This document shows, piece by piece, positions 1 to 10,149 of a DNA stretch of 34,697 bases (position 1 is its first letter; each line of letters begins with the position of its first letter). Origin of the DNA: Clostridia bacterium (GTDB taxonomy: Bacteria; Bacillota; Peptococcia; Peptococcales; SKKY01); the NCBI GenBank assembly GCA_007123515.1, contig SKKY01000159.1, forward strand, positions 1-34,697, given 5' to 3'. The position numbers and the translations under genes were made by a program. Under the pieces are notes generated by a model. That model saw only the letters and a list, made by a program, of their open reading frames with translations. It had not been told where the DNA came from and made no database searches.

Positions 1-2
1 AT

Positions 3-479
3 TGTAATTTTGAAGGAGAAAAGAGTATAAAAGATGTAATTGGATCAGAAAAGTTTGATAAATCGGATTTGATAAAAGTTCTTCATCGTACCCAGCAAGA
101 GTTTGGTTATATACCGCCAGCTTTACAGGTAGAAATAGCCGAAAAATTATCGGTGCCATTGGCAGAGGTTAATGGGGTTGTAACGTTCTATTCTTATTTT
201 ACAACTAGTCCGAGAGGTCGGTATAGTATAAATGTCTGTTTAGGTACGGCTTGTTATGTCAAAGGCTCACAAAAAATATTTGATAAGTTTATATCGGAGT
301 TGAAAATAGCGGTTGGAGAAACGACCGATGATGGATTGTTTACACTTGAAGGATGTCGTTGTATTGGGGCATGCGGGCTGGCGCCTGTAATTACAATTAA
401 CGAAGATGTTCATGGGCAGCTTTCCGAAAATGATGTGACGGGTCTTATAGAAAGCTATCGCAAGAAAGGCAGTGAATAA
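3..479 (+). CDS. hndA: NuoE-like [2Fe-2S] subunit of multimeric [FeFe]-hydrogenase (HydC/HndA), 5' partial
   Basis: Frame is open from position 3. VVTFYSYF, CLGTAC and CIGACGLAP motifs. Confidence 0.9.
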   Translation, partial: CNFEGEKSIKDVIGSEKFDKSDLIKVLHRTQQEFGYIPPALQVEIAEKLSVPLAEVNGVVTFYSYFTTSPRGRYSINVCLGTACYVKGSQKIFDKFISELKIAVGETTDDGLFTLEGCRCIGACGLAPVITINEDVHGQLSENDVTGLIESYRKKGSE

Positions 480-481
480 AA

Positions 482-847
482 ATGAAGACAATACAAGAGT
501 TGGCCGACTGGAAAGAGCAAATTCTAAAAAGTGAGCAAGAGTTTGGTGAAACTAAAAGGGTGCAGGTTCAGATTGCGATGTCTACTTGTGGGATTACAGC
601 GGGCGCAAAGGTTGTTTTAGAAGAATTGAAGCTAATTCTAAAAGAAAAGCAGATAATAGATGTTGAAGTTTCTCAAACGGGCTGCCCCGGACTTTGTTTT
701 AGCGAGCCGCTTGTTTCCGTTTTCCATGTTGGAGAAAAGGGCAGAATATATGGAAACATAAAGAAAAACATGGTAGAAAGAATTGTCGAGGAAGATATTA
801 TAAAGAATCAGCCAATAAAGGAATGGCTGATTAATAGAGAAGGATAG
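482..847 (+). CDS. hndB: Thioredoxin-like ferredoxin subunit (HndB/HydD)
   Basis: MSTCGITAGA and QTGCPGLCFSEP motifs; position in the operon. Confidence 0.85.
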   Translation: MKTIQELADWKEQILKSEQEFGETKRVQVQIAMSTCGITAGAKVVLEELKLILKEKQIIDVEVSQTGCPGLCFSEPLVSVFHVGEKGRIYGNIKKNMVERIVEEDIIKNQPIKEWLINREG

Positions 848-853
848 GGGGAA

Positions 854-2650
854 GTGATGAAAAATATAGTAACCCATGTGCTTGTTTGTGAATGTGAATC
901 ATGTCAGGCCAAAAACAGCCAGGCAATTTATAATAATTTATATTTTGAGCTTGAGTCACATCATCTTAGTGAGCAGATAAAAGTTGTCAGAACCAGCTGT
1001 TTTGGTTTTTGCGAATCAGGGCCGGCTATTATTGTTTATCCTGAATCGGTGGTCTATGGGCCGGTATCTCCTGCAGATATAAAAGATATTGTAAGGGAAC
1101 ATTTTTTGAATGGAAAAATTCTAGAAAGCCTGCTATATGAAAAAAAAGAAACACCGTTTTCTTTGTTTGATTTTGAAAAAATCCCTTTTTTTGAGCACCA
1201 AAAAAGAATTGTTTTGGATAATTGTGGAATTATAGATCCTGAAAGTCTTGAAGAATATGTCGCAAGGGACGGTTATTTGGCTTTGGCGATTGCTGTAACG
1301 GAAATGACCCCGGAAGAGGTTATCGAGATTATTTCAAAGTCCGGTCTTCGCGGTCGTGGCGGTGGTGGTTTTCCGACCGGCAAAAAGTGGGATTTTGCGA
1401 GAAAGGCAAACGGAAAAGAAAAATATGTTATTTGTAATGCTGATGAAGGCGATCCCGGGGCGTTTATGGACAGGAGTGTCCTGGAAGGCGATCCCCATAG
1501 TGTAATTGAAGCCATGGCGATTGCCGGTTATGCCATAGGTGCTTCGAAAGGTTATGTATATGTCCGGGCCGAATATCCTCTGGCCATAAAAAGGCTTGAG
1601 CTAGCCCTGGCACAAGCAGAAGAACATGCACTGATAGGCGAAAACATGTTCGGCATAGGGCGTGGTTTTTCGGTAGAAGTTCGCTTAGGAGCCGGCGCGT
1701 TTGTTTGTGGTGAGGAGACAGCCCTAATCGCATCAATTGAGGGGAAAAGGGGAGAACCGAGACCTCGACCACCGTTTCCGGCTAACCAGGGTCTTTGGCA
1801 AGAACCTACCATTATTAATAACGTAGAGACGCTGGCTAATGTACCGAAAATTATTAAAAATGGGGCAGAGTGGTTTAATGAAGTAGGGACAGAAAAAAGC
1901 AAAGGCACTAAGGTCTTTGCTTTAGCCGGAAAGATACAAAATACCGGCCTGATTGAAGTACCGATGGGTACTAAATTATCGACTATTATTTATGAAATAG
2001 GCGGAGGCATTCCTGAGGGGAAAAAATTTAAAGCTGCTCAGACCGGAGGACCGTCCGGAGGTTGTATTCCGGCTGAACTTATGGAAATAGAAATCGATTA
2101 CGATAATTTAATTAAGGCCGGCTCAATGATGGGGTCGGGAGGTTTAATTATCTTAGATGAAGATACTTGCATGGTCGATGTATCAAGATTTTTTCTTGAA
2201 TTTACCCAGGAAGAATCCTGTGGAAAATGTCCTCCATGCAGAATTGGTACAAAAAGAATGCTGGAAATTTTAAATAAAATAACTGAAGGAAAAGGGCAGG
2301 CTGAAGATCTTGAGAATCTTCAGGATATTGCGGAAATAATAAAATCGGCTTCACTATGTGGCCTTGGGCAGAGTGCTCCGAACCCGGTGTTAAGCACCCT
2401 TCAATATTTTATAGAAGAGTACGAAGCCCATATTTTTGAAAAAAAATGCCCGGCCGGAGTTTGTCAGGCACTTCTACAATATTCCGTCATTCCGGAAAAA
2501 TGCATTGGATGTGGACTATGTGCCAGAAATTGTCCCGTGGGAGCCATATCAGGAAAACCACGGGAGTTATATACGATTGACCAGAGAAAGTGCATCAAAT
2601 GTAATGCCTGCATCGAAAAGTGTCCGGTTAACGCTATTTTAAAAGATTGA
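854..2650 (+). CDS. hndC: NuoF-like NADH/FMN-binding subunit (HydB/HndC)
   Basis: GLRGRGGGGFP, NADEGDPG, GAFVCGEETAL, SCGKCPPCRIG and two C-terminal CxxCxxCxxxCP motifs. Confidence 0.95.
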   Translation: MMKNIVTHVLVCECESCQAKNSQAIYNNLYFELESHHLSEQIKVVRTSCFGFCESGPAIIVYPESVVYGPVSPADIKDIVREHFLNGKILESLLYEKKETPFSLFDFEKIPFFEHQKRIVLDNCGIIDPESLEEYVARDGYLALAIAVTEMTPEEVIEIISKSGLRGRGGGGFPTGKKWDFARKANGKEKYVICNADEGDPGAFMDRSVLEGDPHSVIEAMAIAGYAIGASKGYVYVRAEYPLAIKRLELALAQAEEHALIGENMFGIGRGFSVEVRLGAGAFVCGEETALIASIEGKRGEPRPRPPFPANQGLWQEPTIINNVETLANVPKIIKNGAEWFNEVGTEKSKGTKVFALAGKIQNTGLIEVPMGTKLSTIIYEIGGGIPEGKKFKAAQTGGPSGGCIPAELMEIEIDYDNLIKAGSMMGSGGLIILDEDTCMVDVSRFFLEFTQEESCGKCPPCRIGTKRMLEILNKITEGKGQAEDLENLQDIAEIIKSASLCGLGQSAPNPVLSTLQYFIEEYEAHIFEKKCPAGVCQALLQYSVIPEKCIGCGLCARNCPVGAISGKPRELYTIDQRKCIKCNACIEKCPVNAILKD

Positions 2651-2663
2651 GGAGCTCTGTATT

Positions 2664-4442
2664 ATGAAAAAAGAAATTCATATAAAAATTAATGGTGCAG
2701 AAATTACGGCCAGCGAAGGAATGACCATTATGGAGGCTGCCAGAGCTAACAATATTACTATTCCTTCATTATGTTATCTAAAAGATGTAAATCAGATTGG
2801 TGCCTGTCGTATATGTATAGTAGAGATAAAGGGCATCCGGGGCCTGCAGTCTTCTTGTACCTATCCGGTGGAAAAGAATATGGAAATATTCACTAATTCT
2901 GAAAAAGTCAGAAAAGTTAGAAGAGGAGTGCTTGAGTTGATTTTATCAAATCATCCTCAGGACTGTCTGAAATGTTCAAGAAATCAAAATTGCGAACTAC
3001 AAAAGCTGAGCATTGAATTAGGGGTTAAAGACATACGTTTTCCGGGGGCAATTAGCTACGATCAATATAAAGAAGACCGGATGTTTAAAACTGTTGCGAT
3101 CGAAAGAAATCCAGAAAAATGCATCCTGTGCAAGCGATGTATCGCCGCCTGTTCTGACATACAGGAAGTGGGGATTTTAGCGGCTATTAACAGAGGATTT
3201 GATACGATTGTTACCACAGCCTTTGACCACCAGCTAGAAAATATAAATTGTACGCTTTGCGGGCAATGCATTAATGTCTGTCCTGTTGAGGCGATCCAGG
3301 AGAAAAGTGAAATTGATAAAGTGTTTAATGCGATAAATAACCAAGAACTTCATGTCGTGGTCCAGACCGCTCCTACTGTAAGAGCTACGCTTGGTGAAAT
3401 TTTTGGTTTGCCGATTGGATCGAATGTGAAAGGGAAAATGGTGGCTGCATTAAAACTGTTAGGCTTTGACAAGGTCTTTGATACTGATTTTTCAGCGGAC
3501 TTGACCATTATTGAAGAAGGCTATGAATTTATTGACAGACTAAAAAACAATAAGAATCTTCCATTAATTACATCCTGCAGTCCGGGTTGGATTAAATATT
3601 GTGAGCATCATTTCCCGGAATTTATCGATCATCTTTCATCCTGCAAATCGCCTCAACAGATGTTTGGCGCCCTGTCTAAAACCTATTATCCAGAGATTTG
3701 TGGTATTGATCCGAAGAAGATTTTTTCTGTATCGGTAATGCCCTGTACGGCCAAAAAATATGAAGCAGACCGTAAAGAGATTAATGCAGGTGATGCAAGA
3801 GATGTTGACGCAGTGCTGACAATCAGGGAATTAGGGCGCATGATTAAAGAGGCCGGTATTGATTTTAATGCTCTTGAGGATCAGGATTTTGACTTGCCTA
3901 TGGGACAGTCAACGGGAGCGGGTGTTATTTTTGGAACGACAGGTGGCGTGATGGAAGCAGCGTTGAGGACAGTTTCCGAGGTAATTACCGGAAAACCCCT
4001 TGATACCATTGAGTTTATGAATGTGCGTGGAATTTCTGAGGGACTTAAAGAATCAACGGTTACAATAGGAGACAAAACGATTAGAGTGGCAGTAGCACAT
4101 GGCCTGAAAAATGCCAGGATAGTACTTGAAAAAATAAAAGCCGGAGAATCATACCATTTTGTAGAAATAATGGCTTGTCCTGGTGGATGTATTGGCGGAG
4201 GAGGAACACCGATTATAGATGCTCAGACAAAGTCAAGACTAAAGGAAAGTCATTTAGTAACAAGAGCTCGGGCTATTTATGATGAGGATTGCAACAGCCC
4301 GCTTAGGCAGTCTCACAAGAATCCATCGATTCAAAGATTGTATGATGAATTTCTTGGTGAGCCTAACGGAAAGCTTGCTCATACCTTGCTTCACACAACC
4401 TACAAAGCCCGGAAAAAATATCCGGATTTCGAGGGATCATAA
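2664..4442 (+). CDS. hydA: Group A [FeFe]-hydrogenase catalytic subunit (HydA/HndD)
   Basis: H-cluster motifs TSCSPGW, MPCTAKKYE, EIMACPGGCIGGGG; N-terminal 2Fe-2S, HxxxCxxC and 2x4Fe-4S domains. Confidence 0.96.
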   Translation: MKKEIHIKINGAEITASEGMTIMEAARANNITIPSLCYLKDVNQIGACRICIVEIKGIRGLQSSCTYPVEKNMEIFTNSEKVRKVRRGVLELILSNHPQDCLKCSRNQNCELQKLSIELGVKDIRFPGAISYDQYKEDRMFKTVAIERNPEKCILCKRCIAACSDIQEVGILAAINRGFDTIVTTAFDHQLENINCTLCGQCINVCPVEAIQEKSEIDKVFNAINNQELHVVVQTAPTVRATLGEIFGLPIGSNVKGKMVAALKLLGFDKVFDTDFSADLTIIEEGYEFIDRLKNNKNLPLITSCSPGWIKYCEHHFPEFIDHLSSCKSPQQMFGALSKTYYPEICGIDPKKIFSVSVMPCTAKKYEADRKEINAGDARDVDAVLTIRELGRMIKEAGIDFNALEDQDFDLPMGQSTGAGVIFGTTGGVMEAALRTVSEVITGKPLDTIEFMNVRGISEGLKESTVTIGDKTIRVAVAHGLKNARIVLEKIKAGESYHFVEIMACPGGCIGGGGTPIIDAQTKSRLKESHLVTRARAIYDEDCNSPLRQSHKNPSIQRLYDEFLGEPNGKLAHTLLHTTYKARKKYPDFEGS

Positions 4443-4450
4443 ATAAGGAC

Positions 4451-4479
4451 TTTACTATTATTAAAAAAAAAAGTAGAAT
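4451..4479 (+). promoter_or_regulatory. Putative sigma-A promoter
   Basis: TTTACT-17bp-TAGAAT upstream of the M23 gene. Confidence 0.5.
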
Positions 4480-4513
4480 AAAGATGTTTAAAAGTAATAG
4501 GAGTGGTGTACAC

Positions 4514-5500
4514 GTGAATTTTAAGTTTAAAAACCACAAATTTACTCTGATGTTTATTCCTCATAACAATGCTACGGTACGAAGCGTAAAGATACCGGCT
4601 CTTTTGATAAATGCACTGGCAATTTTTGGCCTTTTATCACTGATTGTTGTGAGCGTCTTATTTGTTAAGTCTGCAGAGCTAGAAGAAAAAGTATTAGAAA
4701 ATGATACTTTAAAAATAGTAAACACTATCCAAAGTGAAGAGATCCGAACCCTTAAAGAGGAAACCACAATAGCACTAGAAAAGCTCGATGAGATAAGGTC
4801 AACAGACTTTAAAGTGCGAGAAATGGTGGGTCTTGAAGTAAAAAGGGAAGAGGCAAACGTAACCGCTTCCAGGGGTAGTGGCGGAACAGAGTTTCCGCAA
4901 AGAAGTCTTGTTGCAGAAAATTATGATTTGATGACGACTACATATACATCAGAAGCATCTTTGCAAAATGTTAATGATAATAAAACATATGGTTTATCAG
5001 ATATTGATGAAATAAAAGAGATGCTTTCAGAAATTAATGAAGGTGTCGCAGAGCAGGAAGAAGTTCTTACTGTGCTTGAAAATGAAACGTCGGATCGGTT
5101 ACGATTCCTGGCAGCCAAGCCTCAGGGCTGGCCCACCTCAGGACGGATTACATCCCCTTACGGATGGCGTTCGAATCCCTTTACCGGAAGAGGATCGGAG
5201 TTTCATTCAGGTGTTGATTTTGCCAATTCCTATGGAACAAGGATTAATTCGACTGGATCGGGTCGTGTTACATTTTCCGGATGGCGGGCAGGATATGGTT
5301 ATACTGTGATTATCAATCATGGTTATGGCTATACAACAATGTATTGTCATCTTGCTTCTATTAATGTAAGAGCTGGCGAGACTGTAGAAAGAGGCACAAT
5401 GATTGGCAGAATGGGCCGATCAGGCCGTGCAACCGGAGTGCATCTGCATTATGAGATCACCTATAATGGAAGGTCTATCAATCCTCGGGACACGATGTAA
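4514..5500 (+). CDS. Membrane-anchored coiled-coil M23 family peptidase (LmdC-like architecture)
   Basis: GTG at 4514 follows an AGGAGTGG RBS; TM helix, coiled coil, HSGVD and HLH M23 motifs. Confidence 0.9.
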   Translation: MNFKFKNHKFTLMFIPHNNATVRSVKIPALLINALAIFGLLSLIVVSVLFVKSAELEEKVLENDTLKIVNTIQSEEIRTLKEETTIALEKLDEIRSTDFKVREMVGLEVKREEANVTASRGSGGTEFPQRSLVAENYDLMTTTYTSEASLQNVNDNKTYGLSDIDEIKEMLSEINEGVAEQEEVLTVLENETSDRLRFLAAKPQGWPTSGRITSPYGWRSNPFTGRGSEFHSGVDFANSYGTRINSTGSGRVTFSGWRAGYGYTVIINHGYGYTTMYCHLASINVRAGETVERGTMIGRMGRSGRATGVHLHYEITYNGRSINPRDTM

Positions 5501-5518
5501 ATAATAAGGAGAGAGTTC

Positions 5519-5914
5519 ATGTTTGGAGCTAAAGATCAAAAGAAAGAAGGGCCGGTTAATTTGGATGTTGTAGAAACGATTATCGGAGCGAATTCTGAAG
5601 TAACAGGCGATGTTTCTTCAGCAGGTTCTGTTAGAATTGACGGAAAGCTACTAGGCACAGTACAGGCAAAAGGCAATGTGATCGTCGGAGAAAAAGGTCT
5701 CCTTGAAGGCAATGCTTTTGCTAACAATGTAGTGGTTGCCGGAAAAATTAAAGGAAACATTAAGGCAAACCAAAAAGTAGAAATCAATGCCAGTGGTAGT
5801 CTTGAAGGAGATATGTCGGCAAAAACGATTGTGATAGAAGATGGGGCTTTATTTTCCGGAAACTGTAAAATGGAGTCTGAAGAGCAACCTTTGTTAAAAA
5901 ATGGCAAAAAGTAA
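5519..5914 (+). CDS. Bactofilin (polymer-forming cytoskeletal protein)
   Basis: ETIIG, VRIDG and IEDGALFSGNC beta-helix pattern; follows an M23 gene. Confidence 0.92.
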   Translation: MFGAKDQKKEGPVNLDVVETIIGANSEVTGDVSSAGSVRIDGKLLGTVQAKGNVIVGEKGLLEGNAFANNVVVAGKIKGNIKANQKVEINASGSLEGDMSAKTIVIEDGALFSGNCKMESEEQPLLKNGKK

Positions 5915-5952
5915 ACGATTGACAAAAAATATAATGGTTAAGGCTAATTATA

Positions 5953-5993
5953 AAGACTTTTATCAGAGTTCTGGCTTTGATAAAAGTCTTTTT
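5953..5993 (+). terminator. Intrinsic terminator-like hairpin
   Basis: AAAGACTTTTATCA...TGATAAAAGTCTTT inverted repeat ending in a T-run. Confidence 0.65.
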
Positions 5994-6065
5994 GGTGTAA
6001 AGAGAGAATAACATTGTTTTTCTTTGTGATAATGAAATATAATGAATAAAAAAGCTGGTGATTTT

Positions 6066-6809
6066 ATGGATGCATATAACATGATTGATATCATTATTGT
6101 CATAGTAGTAATTATCGGAGCGATTGTGGGTTTTCATAAAGGATTTGTGGCAAGCCTGTTTAGTTTTGCCGGAAAGGTTTTAGCGGCTTACTTATCGGTT
6201 AAACTCATCAGACCCTTCATTGATTTATTTCAGATCAAGGAGTTGTTTCTGCAGGGTTTAACGGAGTCTGTTAATGAAAGACTTCCCTTATCCGAAGAGG
6301 TTAAAAATGTTACCTTTGGATACAATGGTAATGGTCTTGATGAGACGCTGGCCGATCATAATGTGATTTTACAGCTAATAGGAAATAATTTAGAAACAGA
6401 AATGGAACGAATGTATTTGATTGCTCAACGTATGGAGGTTGGTACCTTAGGGGAAATGCTCTCTTTGATTGTGGCTAATTTTTTACTCAATATCGTGTCC
6501 TTTCTAGTTTTGTTTTTTATCATTTTAGTTCTTTTTTCTATCATTAAATCTGTTATTTTTAAACTGATAAGTCTTTCAGGAGTTGTTTCCGGGGCGGATA
6601 AGTTTTTTGGGATGATTTTAGGAGCTGCCGTTGATGTTTTTATTCTGGCGTTAGTCCTAGGTTTTGCCTTCGACCTGTTATCAATGTTGCCATTAAATGA
6701 AGACACGTTTTTTATGAGTCTAAGGACATCCATCAGCGAATCATCTTTACAAGAATATTTGTATCAAATTTACAGGTTGATAGTGAGTGAAGGATTCAGG
6801 TTGCTATAG
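6066..6809 (+). CDS. CvpA family membrane protein
   Basis: DIIII..GAIVGFHKGF and ADKFFGMILG motifs; ATG 6066 more likely than 6042. Confidence 0.85.
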   Translation: MDAYNMIDIIIVIVVIIGAIVGFHKGFVASLFSFAGKVLAAYLSVKLIRPFIDLFQIKELFLQGLTESVNERLPLSEEVKNVTFGYNGNGLDETLADHNVILQLIGNNLETEMERMYLIAQRMEVGTLGEMLSLIVANFLLNIVSFLVLFFIILVLFSIIKSVIFKLISLSGVVSGADKFFGMILGAAVDVFILALVLGFAFDLLSMLPLNEDTFFMSLRTSISESSLQEYLYQIYRLIVSEGFRLL

Positions 6810-6821
6810 AAAGGAATTGCA

Positions 6822-7778
6822 GTGGAGAAAAAAAGATATAACATTTATTCAGAGCACTTAAAAAATAAATATGGCGAGAAAGTATATAAGCTGCCTGTGA
6901 ATCTTCCGGGTACTTGCCCTAACAGGGACGGGAACGTGTCTGTGGATGGCTGTACTTTTTGCGATGAAGAAGGATCCGGTTTTGAATGTTTACCGAATGA
7001 TCTATCCGTAAAAAAACAGATAGAGATTAATAAAGCTTTTTTCATAAAACGCTTTAAAGCCAAGAAGTTCATTGTCTATTTTCAGGCATTTACAAATACC
7101 TATATGCCTCTTGAGGAATTTAAAAGCTGTATCATTCAGGCGGTTAAAGATCCTGATGTGGTTGGAGTTTCAATATCAACCAGACCGGATTGCGCCGCCT
7201 CTGAATATCTTGACTTTTTAGCGAAGGTCAAGCAGCGCTATAATATCTCTATTGATGTGGAATTAGGTTTGCAGACAGTAAACTATCATTCACTGATAAA
7301 AATAAACAGAGGTCATACGCTGGCTGAGTACATTGATGCGGCGCTGGCGATTAAAAGCAGAGGGTTTAATTTAGTCACACACCTTATTTTAAATCTTCCT
7401 TATGATACGATGACCGATGTGATTGAAAATGCAAAGGTTGTATCAGCGTTACAGTCAGATTATGTTAAATTGCACTCCTTGTATATTGTTAAAGGCACCG
7501 CATTAAGTAAAGACTATCAGGAAGAAAAGTTTTCTCTGATCTCTTTAGAGGAATATGTGGAGCGGGTGGTAACATTTGTTGAGTATGTAAGCCCGGATAT
7601 TGTCATTCAAAGAATTGTGGGTAAAGGGCCCCAGGGGAACCTTGATTTTTGCAACTGGCAGACAAGCTGGTGGAAAATTAAAGAAATGATTGATCAAAAG
7701 CTTGAAGAAGAAAATACCTTCCAGGGCAGAAAATGTAATTATCTAGATGGATCGGCGGTCAGAAAAGAATTTATGTAG
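6822..7778 (+). CDS. TIGR01212 family radical SAM protein (YhcC/YtqA-like)
   Basis: CPNRDG...GCTFC, YFQAFTNTY, STRPDC and ELGLQT motifs. Confidence 0.92.
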   Translation: MEKKRYNIYSEHLKNKYGEKVYKLPVNLPGTCPNRDGNVSVDGCTFCDEEGSGFECLPNDLSVKKQIEINKAFFIKRFKAKKFIVYFQAFTNTYMPLEEFKSCIIQAVKDPDVVGVSISTRPDCAASEYLDFLAKVKQRYNISIDVELGLQTVNYHSLIKINRGHTLAEYIDAALAIKSRGFNLVTHLILNLPYDTMTDVIENAKVVSALQSDYVKLHSLYIVKGTALSKDYQEEKFSLISLEEYVERVVTFVEYVSPDIVIQRIVGKGPQGNLDFCNWQTSWWKIKEMIDQKLEEENTFQGRKCNYLDGSAVRKEFM

Positions 7779-7787
7779 CAGGGTGGG

Positions 7788-8000
7788 GTGAAAATGCCAT
7801 TAAAAATCAAAGTAGGAGATCAGTTGCAGATGAAAAAAAAACATCCATGCGGAGGCGATCAATGGCTTGTTATGCGTACAGGAGCCGACTTTGTTATAAA
7901 ATGCCAAACCTGTTCTCATCAGACTTGGATTCCAAGACCTAAACTTGAAAAATCCATTAAGAAATGGACTCCGTCTGAGGGAGAGGAAGAAAAAGAATAA
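7788..8000 (+). CDS. DUF951 family protein (YyzM-like)
   Basis: MKKKHPCGG..W..R.GAD..IKC..C motif; usual position before rpsF. Confidence 0.9.
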   Translation: MKMPLKIKVGDQLQMKKKHPCGGDQWLVMRTGADFVIKCQTCSHQTWIPRPKLEKSIKKWTPSEGEEEKE

Positions 8001-8014
8001 GATGCTTATCTGTC

Positions 8015-8043
8015 TTTACTTTTTCCTGTTTCTATGGTAACAT
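8015..8043 (+). promoter_or_regulatory. Putative rpsF promoter
   Basis: TTTACT-17bp-TAACAT with a TG extension. Confidence 0.5.
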
Positions 8044-8052
8044 TTTGCGTTG

Positions 8053-8100
8053 TAGACCCTGCTCTTGAAAAAAGAGCCAAAGTCCATGGGGGGAGGTGAA
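8053..8100 (+). promoter_or_regulatory. S6:S18 ribosomal protein leader RNA
   Basis: ACCCT-GCTCTT-loop-AAGAGC hairpin with CCC able to pair with the GGGAGG RBS, directly before rpsF. Confidence 0.65.
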
Positions 8101-8105
8101 GACTA

Positions 8106-8390
8106 GTGCGCGAATACGAAATTATGTATATTCTAAACCCAGCTGAAGAAGGCGTCATTGAAGCTCAAATCGAAAAATTCAATAAAGTTATTGCTGATCA
8201 GGGTGGCGAATTAAAAACCCTAACGAAAATGGGTAATCGCAAACTAGCCTATGAAATTGACAAGAAGAATGATGGTTTTTATGTTCTTGCTCGGTTTATG
8301 GGTGATGAAAAGGTTACAGAAGAACTTACCAGAGTGATGAAGATCTCTGATGATGTAATTCGTAATTTAATTGTAAAAGTAGAAGAATAG
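8106..8390 (+). CDS. rpsF: 30S ribosomal protein S6
   Basis: MREYEIMYIL and G.RKLAYEI motifs. Confidence 0.98.
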   Translation: MREYEIMYILNPAEEGVIEAQIEKFNKVIADQGGELKTLTKMGNRKLAYEIDKKNDGFYVLARFMGDEKVTEELTRVMKISDDVIRNLIVKVEE

Positions 8391-8408
8391 AATCGGAGGA
8401 TAAAGTCT

Positions 8409-8804
8409 ATGAACAGAGCCGTATTAGTTGGGAGACTGACAAAAGATCCTGAATTACGATACACCCAATCGGGAATTGCTGTAGCAGGCTTTACTGTTGC
8501 AGTGAACCGCAGATTTAGCCGTGAGGGAGAGGCTTCGGCAGATTTTATTCCCGTTACCGTCTGGCAGAAGCCAGCAGAAAATGTCGCAAAGTATTTAAGT
8601 AAAGGCAGCCAGGTTGCAGTAGATGGAAGAATCCAGACATCAAGTTATGAAAACAAAGAAGGTCAGCGTGTTTATAAAACAGAGATTATTGCTGACAATG
8701 TTGAGTTTTTATCACCTAAGGGTAGTACAAAAGGTTCTTCTGAAAATGATAATGATGGAGATTCACACAAGGGTGATTTTTCCAGTGATGAAATACCATT
8801 TTGA
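8409..8804 (+). CDS. ssb: Single-stranded DNA-binding protein
   Basis: [15 protein letters not shown]-terminus; acidic DEIPF tail. Confidence 0.98.
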   Translation: MNRAVLVGRLTKDPELRYTQSGIAVAGFTVAVNRRFSREGEASADFIPVTVWQKPAENVAKYLSKGSQVAVDGRIQTSSYENKEGQRVYKTEIIADNVEFLSPKGSTKGSSENDNDGDSHKGDFSSDEIPF

Positions 8805-8819
8805 TGGGAGATGAGATAA

Positions 8820-9053
8820 TTGGTTAGACGCGAACGTGGTGGAAGAAGGAAAAAACGTGTTTGCAGTTTCTGTGCCGATAAAAGAAGTTTGATTGACTAT
8901 AAAGAGTTAAACAAACTGACAAAGTACACTTCTGAAAGAGGTAAGATTTTACCGAGAAGAGTATCAGGAAACTGTGCAAAACACCAAAGAGCCTTAACAA
9001 TCGCAATTAAAAGATCAAGATACATTGGTTTATTGCCATACATGATCGACTAA
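8820..9053 (+). CDS. rpsR: 30S ribosomal protein S18 (Zn-binding type)
   Basis: [25 protein letters not shown]. Confidence 0.98.
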   Translation: MVRRERGGRRKKRVCSFCADKRSLIDYKELNKLTKYTSERGKILPRRVSGNCAKHQRALTIAIKRSRYIGLLPYMID

Positions 9054-9071
9054 AAGAATAAAGTATACAAA

Positions 9072-9105
9072 GGACAAGGATACGAAAGTTCCCTTGTCTT
9101 TTTTT
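9072..9105 (+). terminator. Intrinsic terminator of rpsF-ssb-rpsR
   Basis: GGACAAGG...CCTTGTCT stem followed by a T-run. Confidence 0.75.
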
Positions 9106-9159
9106 GTGTTTTTCCACTATAATAGGTGGGTAGACAGACAAGGAGAGAGATTAAAAATA

Positions 9160-10149
9160 ATGACAACAACATTCAAAACCAGGCAAATAACAGAAGGTGC
9201 AATCATGGCTGTCATTACAGCAGTTTTCGCACTGATTGGAACGTTTGTTCCGTTACTAAACACCTTTACTTTTATGGTTATTGCCACACCTATCATCTTT
9301 GTAATTGTAAGAAATAATTTTTCAACCGGCATATTGTCTTCTTTGGTTGCCGCTTTTCTGGTGGGGATCTTTGCCGGACCAATCATTGCTTTGTTTTTTT
9401 ATCTGCAGTTTATGCTTTTGGCACTGGTATATGGCCATCTGATAAAAAAAGAAAGCAGCGTTGCAAAAATACTGTCTGCCGGAACCGTGGTATCGGTAGT
9501 GGGGACGATCATCGTTTTTGCCTTAATTGCTCTTACAGGGCAGTTAAATTTTGCACAACAACAGGAAGTTTTTTATGAAACCATTGACAGAACGATTGAA
9601 CAATATGAAAGAACAGGAATGCTCAGTGACTTAGAAGAACAGGGATTCACTCAAGAAGAAATCAGAGAAATGCTTGATGGGGTGATCCGTTTTATAATAA
9701 ATATAATTCCGGTGCTTATTGTTATTGCAAGTGCGTTAACGGCTATTCTTAACTTTATTTTTGCCAGTATGTTCTTAAGGAAATTTCAATATAAAGTTCC
9801 AAAGTTCCCAAAGTTTTCAGAGTGGAAACTGCCTTGGAACTCGATCTGGGGCTTTTTGGGAGCCTGGATTATTCTGCTTTTAGCCGATGTGCTTAATAAT
9901 AGTATGCTAATGGTTATCAGTCAAAACATTCTGATAGCCTATGGAGCCGCTTTTTTTATTACCGGTATTTCTACGGTTGCCCATATCTTTAAAAATGCAG
10001 AGCTTTCACCACTGTTAAGAATTGCTTTTGTCATTATTGTAGTCTTTATGTTTCAGAGTATAGTTGTAATTACTGCTATTATAGGCTTGTTAGATTTGTT
10101 ATTTGATGTACGAAAAAGAATGATGAAAAGAAAGGAAGAGAAACTATGA
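9160..10149 (+). CDS. YybS/DUF2232 family membrane protein
   Basis: ITEGA, FSEWKLP and [12 protein letters not shown] motifs; ATG 9160 after AGGAGAG; promoter-like TTGTCT-18-TATAAT at 9094-9123. Confidence 0.9.
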   Translation: MTTTFKTRQITEGAIMAVITAVFALIGTFVPLLNTFTFMVIATPIIFVIVRNNFSTGILSSLVAAFLVGIFAGPIIALFFYLQFMLLALVYGHLIKKESSVAKILSAGTVVSVVGTIIVFALIALTGQLNFAQQQEVFYETIDRTIEQYERTGMLSDLEEQGFTQEEIREMLDGVIRFIINIIPVLIVIASALTAILNFIFASMFLRKFQYKVPKFPKFSEWKLPWNSIWGFLGAWIILLLADVLNNSMLMVISQNILIAYGAAFFITGISTVAHIFKNAELSPLLRIAFVIIVVFMFQSIVVITAIIGLLDLLFDVRKRMMKRKEEKL

